Both the position numbers and the translations under genes were made by a program. The notes beneath the pieces were generated by a model, which saw only the letters and a list, made by a program, of their open reading frames with translations, searched no databases and had not been told where the DNA came from. 64,000 nucleotides of DNA from the NCBI GenBank assembly GCA_964035545.1, contig OZ037769.1:14166633-14230632 (forward strand). The letters run 5' to 3'. Numbering within the stretch: the first letter of the stretch is position 1; each line of letters opens with the position of its first letter. Origin of the DNA: Bugula neritina (lineage: Eukaryota > Animalia > Bryozoa). Shown here in pieces: positions 63,545 to 64,000 of this stretch.

Positions 63545-64000
63545 CTAAAAAAGTAAACCACTTAATTTTTTAATATTGTTTTGTGAACAGCAGCTGTGTC
63601 TGTGTCTGTGTATGTGAGTGCATTTGTGAGTTCTTTAGTGTTTTTGGTTTGCGTTTGTGCTTGTGTATTTGCTTTTCTGTGTGATTGTTTGTGCATTTGT
63701 TTCTGCTTGTGCAGGCTGTGTTGGTGTGTCTTTGTTTTGGCATGTCTGTATTGATAAGAGTGTGTTTTAGCGCGTGTTGGCATGTGTGTTTGTGTTGTGC
63801 GTGTGTGTTTGTGTCAATGTGTGTGTGCATGTGCGTGTGTGCGTCATAAAATCATTACAGGTATGGTGCTACATATGTAGCCCTCTGAATATCATTTATT
63901 ATTTGAAACAGTAAAAATATTTTTTCATTTTTACCTAATGTTAACTACGATTTTATACTTCACAACCCTATGAGTTACTGAACCAAATCAACCAATATAA

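Overview
AT-rich, intron-dense invertebrate animal DNA; lophotrochozoan origin is a guess only. By hand-splicing I can reconstruct four host genes. (1) The 5' part of an SLC16/MCT-type MFS transporter (- strand, runs off the left edge). (2) A KANK ankyrin-repeat gene of about 25 exons (- strand, ~9.1-36 kb). (3) A complete 16-coding-exon TRMT2A tRNA m5U54 methyltransferase (+, 41068-49937), head-to-head with KANK. (4) The 3' half of an atlastin/GBP-family large GTPase (- strand, enters from the right edge); it has an atlastin-type G domain but ends in a coiled coil plus CaaX box instead of a transmembrane hairpin. A two-exon orphan gene (~152 aa) appears nested antisense in a KANK intron. Mobile DNA comprises an intact, very young Ty3/gypsy (Mag-like) element with TSD, a gag-protease-only LTR element with TSD, a probable solo LTR, RTE-like LINE scraps, a tRNA-derived SINE and several MITEs. 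Several intronic minisatellites start exactly at splice junctions and multiply the splice site. Exon boundaries come from GT-AG signals, phase and remembered family motifs; no database search was run.
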